Below, one piece after another: positions 1-11,217 of a DNA stretch of 64,000 nt; the stretch's first letter is position 1, and every line of letters begins with the position of its first letter. The stretch lies in the NCBI GenBank assembly GCA_965603825.1, contig CBFDEM010000063.1:186001-250000 (forward strand). Direction: 5' to 3'. The translations under genes were made by a program, and so were the position numbers. Under the pieces are notes generated by a model that did not search any database, had not been told where the DNA came from, and was given only the letters and a program-made list of their open reading frames with translations. The stretch comes from Blepharisma stoltei ATCC 30299. Taxonomy: Eukaryota; Protista; Ciliophora.

Positions 1-1770
1 CAAAAACGCAAAAGGTTGATTTGTCGCACCTTTCTCCACTTTGACATTTTTAATTGTCCTCAAAAAGTCTTTTAATTTGGAAAACCCAAATTTCGTTATA
101 TCTAAATGCATAGAAAACCTCTTTTTTAAATGCAAAGGAATCTGGGCGAGTGGAAGCCCAGCTTTTTCATCTTTTAAAATTTCAATGATATTTTTTCTGA
201 TGTCTTCTAGTTTAGAGTCTATTTTTAAATCTTCGATTTTATTTTCGACTGTGGAAGATAAAACTAATAGAGCTTTTTGGTACCTTATAACATCTTCATC
301 AATAGCTAACTGCACCATGTAGCTCAATTTTCCTAATGAACATTCTTGTAAAAGCTTCGGCCCGAAGAATTTTATTAATTGAGCACATCCATATCTCCCT
401 CCAGGAATTGCAGTGCTGGCTTCTGATTCAGTTTTATAATAACTTTCGCAAAATGCTATTAAAGTATTTCATTCATGGGTATTTTTCATATTAAGAGGAT
501 CCCCTGTTCTTATGTATTGGTCATAAGAAAATCATTGATCTTCTCTTGGGAAAACTAAAAATGTTGTGGATTCGTTTTGAGGGTCGTCTATTTCTGAAAT
601 CAAGTAATTCTGGCTATTTTTGCATTTTTCTAATAAATTTCGCCATTGAGAATTAGTTGGCTTGAAATCAAAAGCTTCTTTGATTCTTGACTGGATGGTT
701 CTTTCAATTGGAAGCATTTCGTCGATTTTTAAGGATTTAAGCACCCATTGCAGACTTTCCAAGCTTAAACTTTCAAGCTTCAGGCCAATGAAGTCTTTTG
801 GATTCAGGCCTCCAAATTGTTTTCTGCTTAAAAACAAGATCCCTAAGTTGCAAGTCTGGTTCAGCACTTCAGATGATTTTTCGTAGCTTAGTCCATATTT
901 TATTGAAAAATCATTTATAAACCACTCGAGGTCTATCGTCATCTGTCCATGTTTTACAAAGGACTTCAATCTTTTTGCCACTAAATCATGGTATTGGTTT
1001 TGTCCACGTTTTACAGTAAATTGTTGTCGGTCGCTGCAAGATTCCATTAAGTCTCCTGTTTTGCAAAGTTTTGGCTGGTCTGGATTAGAAATTTGAGGAT
1101 CTTGGTAATTGACAATTCGATAAAACCCGAATGGAATTGGAAGCAGCTGTATATTTTTTATTTCTAATGGAGAAATGGACTGTGAAAAAAGAAGGGTTAC
1201 GTTTGGAAAATTATTCTGAATTTGTGTCAAATGGGGCTTCATATAAGCTGCATATCCACTTAGTATCAAAATATGGGTCAGATATTTTCCAGCAGATAAG
1301 GAAAGCTCTAGAATAAATGTTTGCAAGTCTTTAAGCTCGTTCGAGACGATCAATTCAATGCCAAATTCATTAAACACACTACTCCATTTTTGGTAGCTAT
1401 CCCCAAAGGCCTTGATTTCTGCTATATTATCATAAAGTGTTCTTATATTTTTCAAGACGGTTTCAACGTCTTCTTTTTTACTCACTCGACAGGAATGCAA
1501 GTCCCAAAACACTGAAACCTTGCTGACAAAGGATGTAGGCTCCAAGGCATGATCAGGATGATTTTTGGTACAGTTTTCGCAAAGAGGGACTTCGCAGGTT
1601 CAGCATCTTTTTTGGGCTACAGATTTGCAGTGCTTACATATGAGCTGTCTGACATGGAGTTTTCGCTTTCCACCCCTATGAATGGATTCAGAACAATCTT
1701 TGCAAAATAGCTCATCACATTCTGAACATACAAGAGTGGCCGTTAAACAGTTGCACTCCTCACAATGCAT
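1..1770 (-). CDS. Tandem B-box zinc finger + degenerate NYN domain + OST-HTH/LOTUS protein (MARF1/Limkain-b1-like); 3' end runs off the window
   Basis: ATG at 1770 (MHCEECNC..CSECDELFCKDC..IH..H, then a second CxxC..C.TC...CENC...H..H box). The frame stays open to base 1 when TGA=W. NYN start VSVFWD; OHA-like GGRYGCA; LOTUS-like GLPLAQIPLHLKKRF..LDITKFGFSKLKDFL. Confidence 0.8.
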
Positions 1771-2576
1771 TTGGATTTATATGATTTGAGACTTTTTTAA
1801 ATTTCGATGAATAAATGGACTACTTATCAGAATTAATACTTTAATGCTGTTCATATATAATTTATTTATTGTAAAACTTCTATTTATTAAAATCATAATT
1901 ATATATCTAAATTTCAATTAAGGGGTTAAGAAGATGACGGGGAATGAATAATTTTGTTGAAAAATAATTTTAGAATATTAGCGAAGAATTAAGAATAATT
2001 TAGGTGCGCTTTATTAAATAAAGTTGATAACATCTTATAATTGATATAAAATTTAAAGCTACTAAAAATTTTGCCCGCTAAGCAAGGGGAAGGGAATGAT
2101 CATCATAATGCAAAGAGAAATCGTCAGATTTCTTATAAATATGGCAACCCTTCAGTCATTTTTATAAACCTTAGCTATATTTATTATTTCAAAGAAAATA
2201 TCTAAATTAAAAATATATTCATTCGGAAATATCATTTTTCTATAATCATAATATAAGATAAATATTCTTATGCCATGTTATTTTGGGGCTTCGAATAAAA
2301 TAGCTTTCTTTAGCTCCTCTGCTGAGGCTGCCCATCAATTAGAAGATCGTAACATTAGTCAAGTTCTTTTAATCTTTCAGCATTTTCTTTAAGGAGGGCT
2401 AAGATATTAGTCTAAAGGAATAATTTTTTAAAGTCCGATCCAAAATTTAATCGAAGCTATTAATGAAGAATTCAAAGTTATATAAATAGCTTAAAAAATA
2501 TATTAAACAGCAGCTATTCATATGGAATTTCAATTTATTTGAATTTTGATTATACCTTTTATTTAATTAATCTAAA

Positions 2577-3119
2577 ATGGAAATTGAGCTCAATCCTCGA
2601 GTTCTAAATATTTTAGCTCGTCAGGTCAATAGACTTCAACAGGAAAATCTTGAAGGAGTCAAGCCTATATTAAATGAAGACAACATTGCAGATGTTCAAG
2701 CTGATATTATAGGTCCTGAGGAAACCCCTTATCATGGCGGAATTTTTCGATGCAAGCTTGAATTCCCTGCCGATTTCCCAAACAGCCCTCCAAAAGGCTA
2801 CTTTTTGACAAAGATTTTTCATCCTAACATATCAAATGGAGGAGAAATTTGTGTGAATACTTTAAAAAAAGATTGAAATCCAACTAATTGGTCGCTCTCT
2901 AACATTTTGCAAGTTGTTAGATGCTTATTGCTTGAACCCTTTCCAGAATCAGCATTAAATGAAGAAGCAGGAAGAATGTTCATGGAAAACTATCAAGAGT
3001 ACTTTAGATATGCTAAGCTTTATACATCGATTCATGCAATGCCAAAAGCTGTTCATGCTCCAGTTCGAAAAATGCAGACTCAGCTTGACTATATCAAAAA
3101 ATGGATACGCAGAGTTTAA
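2577..3119 (+). CDS. UBE2S: Ubiquitin-conjugating enzyme E2 S-like (180 aa)
   Basis: FHPNI..GEICVNTLKKD-W(TGA 2874-2876)-NP joins the two track ORFs in frame; PFPESALNEEAG; C-terminal KKWIRRV resembles the UBE2S LRRL tail. Confidence 0.9.
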
Positions 3120-3874
3120 AATCTTTTCTAAAAAATTATTGAAAAATTTGAAATTTTATTGTTTTGTTTTAACATTCTAATAATTGAATGATTTTATTGT
3201 AAGAATATATAGAGTAGCTTTTTAGTGCTTTTCAATAAGAAACACTTCATAATTTGCTTATGTTGCTTAAAAATTTTATTTTTAGAAAATTAATGCACTT
3301 AAAGAGCAAGAAACTTAAACATAACTTATTATTCATTTGATTGATTCAGCTTGGATTAATTTTTAAAATAATGTGAACTGGTCTTTATAAAAGTCACTTT
3401 GCTGTTCAATTAAAAAAACTTTGCATTACTTAAGCGCAAATATTCATCAGAATTAATATAAAAATTGTATTGAATCATTGATAAAATTGATATACGTTAA
3501 GTGTGGGGTAGATTTACTAATCCTGGTAACTATAACTAGTAAAACATTAATTATAATTATTTACTAATTTAAAGTCCACAGATAATGTATCTCCTCAAGG
3601 TGATCAGTCAACTGAATAAATTAATGCCAGCATTTCTATGTAATATCAAAAAGATGTGCAATAGGTCATATAATATCTCAAAAAAGCCAAATGCATTTCT
3701 GGAAATGCCAGTTTTTGAAAGCAGCATTCAAATTTAAATTAATAAGTAATTATATTTTTCTATTACAATTCATATGATATCTGAATATTCGTAGCATCTT
3801 CATTTATTGTTTTTTTACTTTCCCGTTATATTCTTCCACACTTATCTTTATAATCTTACAAATAATAAGTTATC

Positions 3875-4873
3875 ATGGAAAATCCAATAATTGAAGGCTC
3901 CTGCAGAGAACGTGACATATCATACAAGTTTTTAGCCGAACATACTGAGCTAAGTGAGCTTGAAGCTGGAATTCCTTATAAAGAGTTTTTCTTCCACAGC
4001 AAAGCAAGAGATAAAGACTTAGAGTTTCGAGTGCTCAAGCGGATTACGGAGACTCGGAAACATGCAGAATGTCTTGTCGAAAATTCTGCCATGACTTGCT
4101 CTATGAACCGTTATGCTGATATTCTTCCATATAAAGACACACTAGTCCACGTTCCAGGCTACTCGTACATTAACGCAAATTTCGTGGATGGAGCATGCTC
4201 AGGCTCCGAACAAATGATAATTGCCACCCAGGGCCCGCTTCACAGGACAATGGAAGCTTTCTGGGCGATGGTTTGAGAATATGAGGTTTCCCTCATAATT
4301 ATGATGTGCAACTTATTAGAAGACGGGATGGTGAAATGTGAAGAATATTTTCCAAGCGAAAATAATATACAATGCGATGTCTTTGAGATATCACTCGCGA
4401 AAAGCACAAATAAATACCCATTTTTGATAGAAAGGGTTCTCATTATGACCCATGTCCCTACTCAAGAAACAAGAATTATCACTCATTTACAAAGCACAGC
4501 CTGGCCAGACCAAGGTGTCCCGTCACTTGCTGACGAGTTTAGCTCTATCAATTATATGATTTCGTTGATAAAGAAAAAGTGGCTGGCAAATAGATCAAAA
4601 ATCGTTGTACATTGCTCTGCTGGAATAGGAAGGACAGGAGTCCTTGTAGGAATTTTTAACGTTGTAACAGCTCTTGAAGAGTTACTTGAAAAAGAAGCTG
4701 AAGACGAAAACGTGGAGCCAAGAGTTTCAATTTTTGGAGCGGTAAGAAGACTGAGAGAGCAGCGATGGGGCATGGTTGCGAATGTGAAACAGTATAAATT
4801 TATTTATAAGTTTATGGAGTATTGGATCACTTCATTTTTGTCACATCAGCAACAAATCGGACAGTCATTATAA
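3875..4873 (+). CDS. Classical non-receptor protein tyrosine phosphatase
   Basis: NRYADI, YINAN, IATQGP, FWAMV-W(TGA 4274-4276), WPDQGVP, VHCSAGIGRTG, QR.GMV...QY motifs in one frame. Confidence 0.93.
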
Positions 4874-4938
4874 TTATGTAATTAATAGATTTATTATATA
4901 AAAATGATTTAAAGCGATATAAGAAATGCTAAAATCAA

Positions 4939-6654
4939 TTAAATAGGATGCTCATCGAACTTATAAAAACCTTCAATGACTTTCATAACTCCTAAAACTT
5001 CTTCATCCCTACTTGGATAGCCAACAACCTGCAAACAGACTGGAAGCCCTACACTGCCTTCCATAATTTCTTTGCAAGACTTAACTGCTTTGTCTCTACT
5101 TGTGCTTTCATATTTGTCTTCTCCTGCTCTAACAGTCCTAACAGGAACTACCCCACACGGATAATCCAACAGATTCCACACAAATGAATAGGAAAATGCC
5201 GCTGCTAAAGTTTTTGTCTTGGTGTGCTGAGGAGCCACAAGTGGCCAAATTGGACAAATTAATGCATCGATTTGCAAGGAATTCCAATAGTCGTGGAACT
5301 TGTTTTTGAAAACTGCAGAATCATTGAAAAGCTTGCAAAATTCGTCGAGTGAAATGTCACGAGGCAGACCTACAAGTCTTGCTAGCTGCTTATGGCCAAG
5401 TAGTCTCAGATACAGAGGAACCAGTGTTTTCATGAATGGGAATCTTGCTTGGAGATCCAAAACCTTGTAAACCCAAGCTGGCTCTTCTCCTTCTAGTTCT
5501 TCAGATAAGTATTTAGGGTCTCCTGCATAGGCTATTCTTGCATAGATATCTGTTCCTTCTGAAAACAGATTTCCAGCGTCAAACTCAACCAATTCATGCC
5601 CTTCTGCTTCCAATTTTTGTTTGGTTTCCCTGATAATGTCTTTTATTACCTCTGCACATTCGAAAACTCCATTATAATCAAAGTACCCTATCCTTAGCTT
5701 TTTCTTCTGTGTATTTTCATATAGCTCTTGGTCGAATTTCATAGGGAACAAATAGCAGTCTTTTTTCCACAGCTGTTCGTTCCACCACGCCTTAAGAACT
5801 AGCGTTAAGTCTTCCACACACCTGCCCATAGGTCCTCTTGTAGACTTTATAAGTAGCTTAAAGTGATCAATTTTATTTGGGTGGGTCTGGGCTCCTTCTT
5901 TTCCATTAGTTCTCCTTGATGTTGTTCTAATCCCATAAACTCCACAAAAAGCTGAAGGAATCCTTATAGAGCCTCCTATATCACTTCCAATAGCTAAGGC
6001 AGCACATCTTGCAGCAACAATTCCAGCGTCACCGCCTGAGCTTCCTCCTACAGTCCTACTTGGATCCCAAGGGTTTTTGGCAACTCCATAAATATTGTTT
6101 TCTGTTTCAAACCACATCATAATTTGCAGTGGGTTTCCTCTGACAAATGGAAGCCCACCTGATTCCCTTATCTGAGAAACCAAAGGATGATCAGAAGTAT
6201 CAACTTTTCCAAGTCTCCTGACAAGGCCTGCAGAGGTGACACAGCCTTTTTGGGAAAAGCTATCTTTTATGGATATTGGAAGGCCATACAAGATGCCTCC
6301 TGGGAGGTCTTCAAGTCTATTAATGGCATCAGTGAACATTTCTTCAGCAGTGATTGAGTATTTTCTTCCTAATTCTTGAGCTCTCATAATATAAGTATTG
6401 AGAACTTGTTGAACTGTGAGTGAGCCTGAGTTGATTGCTTCTACAATTTGATAAGCTTTCATTGAAAGTATTTTTTCTTTTAGCTCAGGGTCAACATTCA
6501 GCTCAAGCCATTTGGAATTTCTTTCCTTTAGCTTTGCAGCTCCTCTTTGTCGTGCTTTTCTTGCTCTTATTTTACGAGCTGCATATTTCAATGCAAAATA
6601 GGCAATAACAACTGCAGCTGAAGCAGGAATTAATTCTCTATAGCCTATTTTCAT
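4939..6654 (-). CDS. Amidase-signature family enzyme, fatty-acid amide hydrolase-like (copy 1)
   Basis: PISIKD, GGSSGG, GSDIGGSIRIP catalytic motifs; hydrophobic N-terminal anchor. Confidence 0.92.
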   Translation of the reverse strand: MKIGYRELIPASAAVVIAYFALKYAARKIRARKARQRGAAKLKERNSKWLELNVDPELKEKILSMKAYQIVEAINSGSLTVQQVLNTYIMRAQELGRKYSITAEEMFTDAINRLEDLPGGILYGLPISIKDSFSQKGCVTSAGLVRRLGKVDTSDHPLVSQIRESGGLPFVRGNPLQIMMWFETENNIYGVAKNPWDPSRTVGGSSGGDAGIVAARCAALAIGSDIGGSIRIPSAFCGVYGIRTTSRRTNGKEGAQTHPNKIDHFKLLIKSTRGPMGRCVEDLTLVLKAWWNEQLWKKDCYLFPMKFDQELYENTQKKKLRIGYFDYNGVFECAEVIKDIIRETKQKLEAEGHELVEFDAGNLFSEGTDIYARIAYAGDPKYLSEELEGEEPAWVYKVLDLQARFPFMKTLVPLYLRLLGHKQLARLVGLPRDISLDEFCKLFNDSAVFKNKFHDYWNSLQIDALICPIWPLVAPQHTKTKTLAAAFSYSFVWNLLDYPCGVVPVRTVRAGEDKYESTSRDKAVKSCKEIMEGSVGLPVCLQVVGYPSRDEEVLGVMKVIEGFYKFDEHPI

Positions 6655-6708
6655 TTTTATAAGAGATTTTTATTAGAAAATATCTTCGCCTAACATTTAT
6701 TGCATTAA

Positions 6709-8433
6709 TTATAAAGGATATTCGTGGAAATCGTAGTAATTCTCGAGAAGCTTCATCACGCCTAATACTTTTTCGTCAGAGTTAGGAAAGCCTGCTACTT
6801 GTATAGCTACTGGCAGCCCAACGCTATCCTTCATAATTTCTTTTGCGATTTTAGCTGAACCATCATTTAATGTTGCGTTATAGATATCTTCGCCTTTTTT
6901 GACCTTGCGTACAGGCACAACTCCTGCTGGAAAACTCATGATATTCCAAAAATATAAATAAGAAAATGCAGGGAATAAATACTCAGTTTTGTTATGCTGT
7001 GGGGCTACCAGTGGCCATACAGGACAAATTACACAGTCAAATCCCATTTGGTTCCAATAGTCTGTAAATTCTGATTTAAAAAGACATACTTGTTCAGCAA
7101 ATACACAAAATTCTTTTAAGGTGTAAATTCTTGGTGCGTTAAGTGCTTCTGCAAGCTGATGATATCCTGACATAGAAAGAGCTGCTGGCTCAAACATAGA
7201 TGAAATTGAGCATTCTGAGCTGATATATTGAGGCTTGAATGGGAATGTAGGGCTTTCTCCTTGTAGCTCATCCACAATTATGCTAGGGTCAATACCAAAA
7301 AACAGTCTAGATGCATACTCAAATGCATGCGCAAAGAAATCTGTATTCATTTCTACGAGCTCATGGCCATCATTTTTCAGCTTGTTTACTGTTTCTCTTA
7401 TTACTGATTTAACAACTTCAGCACAAGGGAAAACTTGATTATCATCAAAATAGGCAATTCGGAGTTTTTTATTAGACATTTTTTCATATGATTTTGTATT
7501 AAAAGGCTTGGGGATTACATATGCATCGTATTTCCAAAAATTTTTATCCCATCATGATTTTAAGACCAAGACCAAGTCTTCAACACATCTGCCTATAGGC
7601 CCATAGGAGGTTTTTATTAAAATTTCAGTTGGCTCTTTGAGATTGGGGTGGGGGTTTGCCCAATCTCTATGTGTGGTTCTTAAAGGAGTTGGCATAAAAG
7701 AATAAACCCCACAGCAGGCTGCTGGAAAACGAATGGAACCAGCTATATCGCTACCTATTCCAATGACTGCAGCCCTGGACGCTACAAGTCCTGCGTCTCC
7801 TCCTGAGCTTCCTCCTGTTGATCTTGTGGGGTCCCATGGATTGACAGCAGTTCCATATATATTGTTTGTCGTTTCAAACCACATAGCTAATTGCATAGAA
7901 TTCCCCCTCACAAATGGAAGTGCACCCTGTCTTCTTAATTGCAGAACCAAAATATTGTCATATGGGTCTTTTTTGTCAAGCCTCCAAGCTACTCCTGTTG
8001 TGGACTGGCAGCCATCTTGAAATAGCTCATCCTTAATTGATATAGGGACCCCTTTTAATAGCCCGTCAGGCAAGTTTAAAGTCCTTCTTGATGCATCCTC
8101 AAAGACCTCTTCTGCTGTTAAATTTAGGCGTCTGCCTATATCTCGAGCTCTTTCTATATAAGTTGATAAAATTTCATCAGGTGTCAGTTCATTATTGTTT
8201 ACTGCTTGAACTAATTGAGCAGCATTTAAATTAAGAATTTTATCTCTTTTGGGAAAATCGACATTTTTTGGTACAAAGGCTTTGCAGTTCCTAGAAAGCA
8301 ATTTATTTTTGCCTTTATTCTTCATTTTTGATTGCTTTATGAGACTCATGCCAATATCTAAGACTGAATAAAGCGCAAAGCCTCCAAGGATTGCCATCGG
8401 GATTTTTTCATTTAAATTGAAATTTTCAGCCAT
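6709..8433 (-). CDS. Amidase-signature family enzyme, FAAH-like (tandem copy 2)
   Basis: Track ORFs 7552-8433 and 6709-7479 join through TGA 7552-7554 (VLKS-W-W), which aligns with VLKAWW in copy 1. PISIKD/GGSSGG/GSDIAGSIR present. Confidence 0.92.
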
Positions 8434-8961
8434 TAATTTATATTTTAAATATGGATAATTGAAGGTGAGCTTTTTTAAAAAATTAAATAGATGGATTTTC
8501 TGTTATTGAAATGAAAATAACTATATTTTAAATTTAATCTCATAATCATATGAATATTGATAATTTATTTCTTTGCTTATGGAAGTAATTTTTTTGCTTA
8601 GCTAAAACTATTTAAATAAAATTAATTAAAAAAACAATTCAAAAAAATTGGCTTGCATTTATTAAGCATCTTTCAGAATATAATGATCAAACAATCGCTG
8701 TTGCAAAAAATCTGGTTAATTGAAAATTCAGAAAACTTAAGCATTTATAATTTGATCTAAGGAAACAAATGAACCAATTAATTAAAGTTTTCAAGAGTTT
8801 ATTTAATTTGCATTTGGTTTTATGCCCATAATATATTGACTTATTCAATAATTCATTAGAATAATTACTTATTTAGTTTTTCTAAACCATTTTTATAGAA
8901 TACAGCTTTTATAAGTGTATTTCTCAATCTGTTTTACAATATAATTATCAAATATAAATAA

Positions 8962-9867
8962 ATGGAAAACTCATCTTTTCTTTTTGCCCAAATTTTGACT
9001 ACAGTCATATACAATTCAACTACATCAAGAAAAACGATTAAAAAAGAACTCCCTGACATTCCAGTTAATCCAGCTCGCTCTTATTATAACAATGGAATAA
9101 TCTTATCAGGAGGATTTTTAAAAGGAAATCCATCAAAATCTGTTTATTTTTTATGCTTCACAAATTTATCCTACATCGGCGATCTCCTTACCTCCCGTGT
9201 TTACCATTCTCAATTGCTTGTTAACGGGAAGTTATATGTACTCGGAGGCTGTGTCGCAAACAATCTAAGTGTTGCCTATTTCGAATGTTTTGACATTTTA
9301 TCCAAAAAATCCACATATCTCCCAAGTATTCCTTACACAACAAAGCTTCAATGCAATTGCTGCCTTAATGATATTATTTATGTATTCGGAGGAGATCACG
9401 ACGAAGCCATAAAAACAATTGCTGCATATACAATTGAAACACAAGTCTGAAGGCTTATCCCAGTTAATTATTCACGCATTAAAGGTGGGATATGTGTGCC
9501 GATAGACTCTAGAAACATTTTTGTTTTTGGAGGATGGCAGAAAACTTCTATTTATAATCATCAAAGATTTATTTTTGATACCAAAAATGAAATACTTTTT
9601 GATGTCAGATTCCCGATTGAAGCTGAAGTTTATTCTTCTTATTGGTTAGAAGGCAGCAGATTATCATTAAGTGATGAGCTTGGAAGAAGAAGGATAATTT
9701 ATATTGACGAATTAAGATGAGAAACTTTGTGCGAAGAAGGAAAATCACTGTGAAAAGAAAGAAAAGGGATTATTTATATGCATAAATATTGCAAACAGAA
9801 GAAAATTGAGCATGTTTTGACGATTTTGCCTTTTAGTTTATTTAAAGAAATTGCTTTGTTTTTGTAA
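8962..9867 (+). CDS. Kelch-repeat protein with C-terminal F-box/SOCS-box-like tail
   Basis: LYVLGG, IYVFGG, IFVFGG blades. Read through TGA at 9448, 9718 and 9751 to TAA 9865-9867, ending ...WKERKGII...LTILPFSLFKEIALFL. Confidence 0.8.
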
Positions 9868-10063
9868 TTACCCTATAAAAATAAATGGTAAAGATTATTA
9901 TTTATTGCTTTTAAATTTTAATTTAGCTTAAAACTGAAAAGTGCATTAGTTGCTCTGAGTCATTTATATGATTTTGATAGAAACAGTAATCAATATTCAA
10001 TTTATAAATTATTTTAAATTGTTTTACTATCGCATACTAGCTATAAGTTAAAGAGACTAAATA

Positions 10064-11065
10064 TTATAGTTTTCGTACAATTTTCTTCATAGCTTTACTA
10101 ATTAAATCAAATCTGAAGTATTTGAAATGGCTTGACCTACCATCAAAATATTCTTCTCCAATGTATATTCCGCATTTATTATAAGATCAGCAGATTTGGC
10201 CAGGATCATGCCCTCTAATTATTGAATCTGCAACTCTTTCCCAAGAATATTCATTCCCAGCCTCACTTTCATAAACCATCCCTCCACGAAACTCAATTAA
10301 ATACAGTCTCCATGCATTTAATAGAAGCTTTTGCTTATTCTCTGTAAAATCATAAGAGATTGTTGAGAAAGAGTCCATATCAATTGAGTACAGCAGCAAG
10401 TTTCTATTAAAAAACCCAGAAATCAAGATGTTTCCATTGAAAGCTATGCTACTGCAATGGAAATCTGCTTTTGGCATTGGAGTGAGCTTAATTCACCGAT
10501 TTTTATCCAAATCAAATCTTTCGGAGAGAGGAGCGCTACTCATTACATTGTATCTTCCTCCAAAGCAATAGACATTTTTATCAAAATAAACAGCTGATGA
10601 GCTATAGCAAGGTGTTCCAGATGGCAAAACCCGAGTTCTAAAGCTTTTATCAATTATTAATACCATCCCAGAGACTGGGTTTTCATTTCCAAAGCAGAAT
10701 AATTCACCATTCGATATTTGGGTTATGCAACTGCTGCGGCATAGTGTTTGAGAGCTCTCTAGAGCTTTTTCTAATTCTGTTTCATACTCAGTGTTATAAA
10801 CAATCAAACTTGTTTTACAATTCTTGCCTACTTCAGATCCATAATACTCATTATATGTTTTAATTAAGTAGAGAGACGTAGCTTGATGATAAGTAGCGAT
10901 ATAATTATGATAAGCTTCATTTAATTCTAAGTCAAATGGAGAAACCAGGCTCTCATATGCTGATACAATTCTTCTAAAATCTTGCTCAGTTTCTGGAGTA
11001 TTAATGCTGTTTAAAATTTCAGATGTTTTGGCTTTCTGACTTACTTTAAGCAGGCTGAAAATCAC
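10064..11065 (-). CDS. Kelch-repeat protein; start codon unresolved (possibly 5'-truncated)
   Basis: ELFCFGN, VYCFGG, RFDL..NR-W(TGA 10493)-IKLTPMP, TGA 10187, stop TAA 10064-10066. No in-frame ATG between the upstream TAG (~11153) and the kelch region. Confidence 0.7.
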
Positions 11066-11085
11066 TGCTCGTTTCCTTATAAGCT

Positions 11086-11187
11086 CTACAGATTGTTTGT
11101 AGTCCGGATAGGCATTTTGTATTGCTACTGCTCACGGACGAGAGCTTTCGCTCTATAACTGAAAGTCTGACTAGAAAAGCTTCTAGT
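11086..11187 (-). ncRNA. Candidate structured RNA or cis-element (family not recognised)
   Basis: On the minus strand: ACTAGAA/TTCTAGT hairpin, AGAGC-GAAA-GCTCT, and GTCCG...CGGAC enclosing GTA-GCAA-TAC. 28/60 GC at 11101-11160, against very AT-rich intergenic DNA elsewhere. Confidence 0.3.
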
Positions 11188-11217
11188 TGTTTATAAATTA
11201 TTTAATGAGAAGCTTAT

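Noticed and set aside
11076-11089. Possible 14-nt intron GTAGAGCTTATAAG (minus) that would put ATG 11115 in frame with the kelch ORF
   Set aside because: Shorter than the 15-16 nt heterotrich class and lacks the GTAA start and -6 branch A; unsupported without RNA data.
11135-11170. Hammerhead-like CGGACGA-GAGC-TTTC-GCTC and RNase P CR-I-like GAAAGTCTGA on the plus strand
   Set aside because: The hammerhead core CUGANGA/GAAA is not met, and there is no room or partner motif for RNase P.
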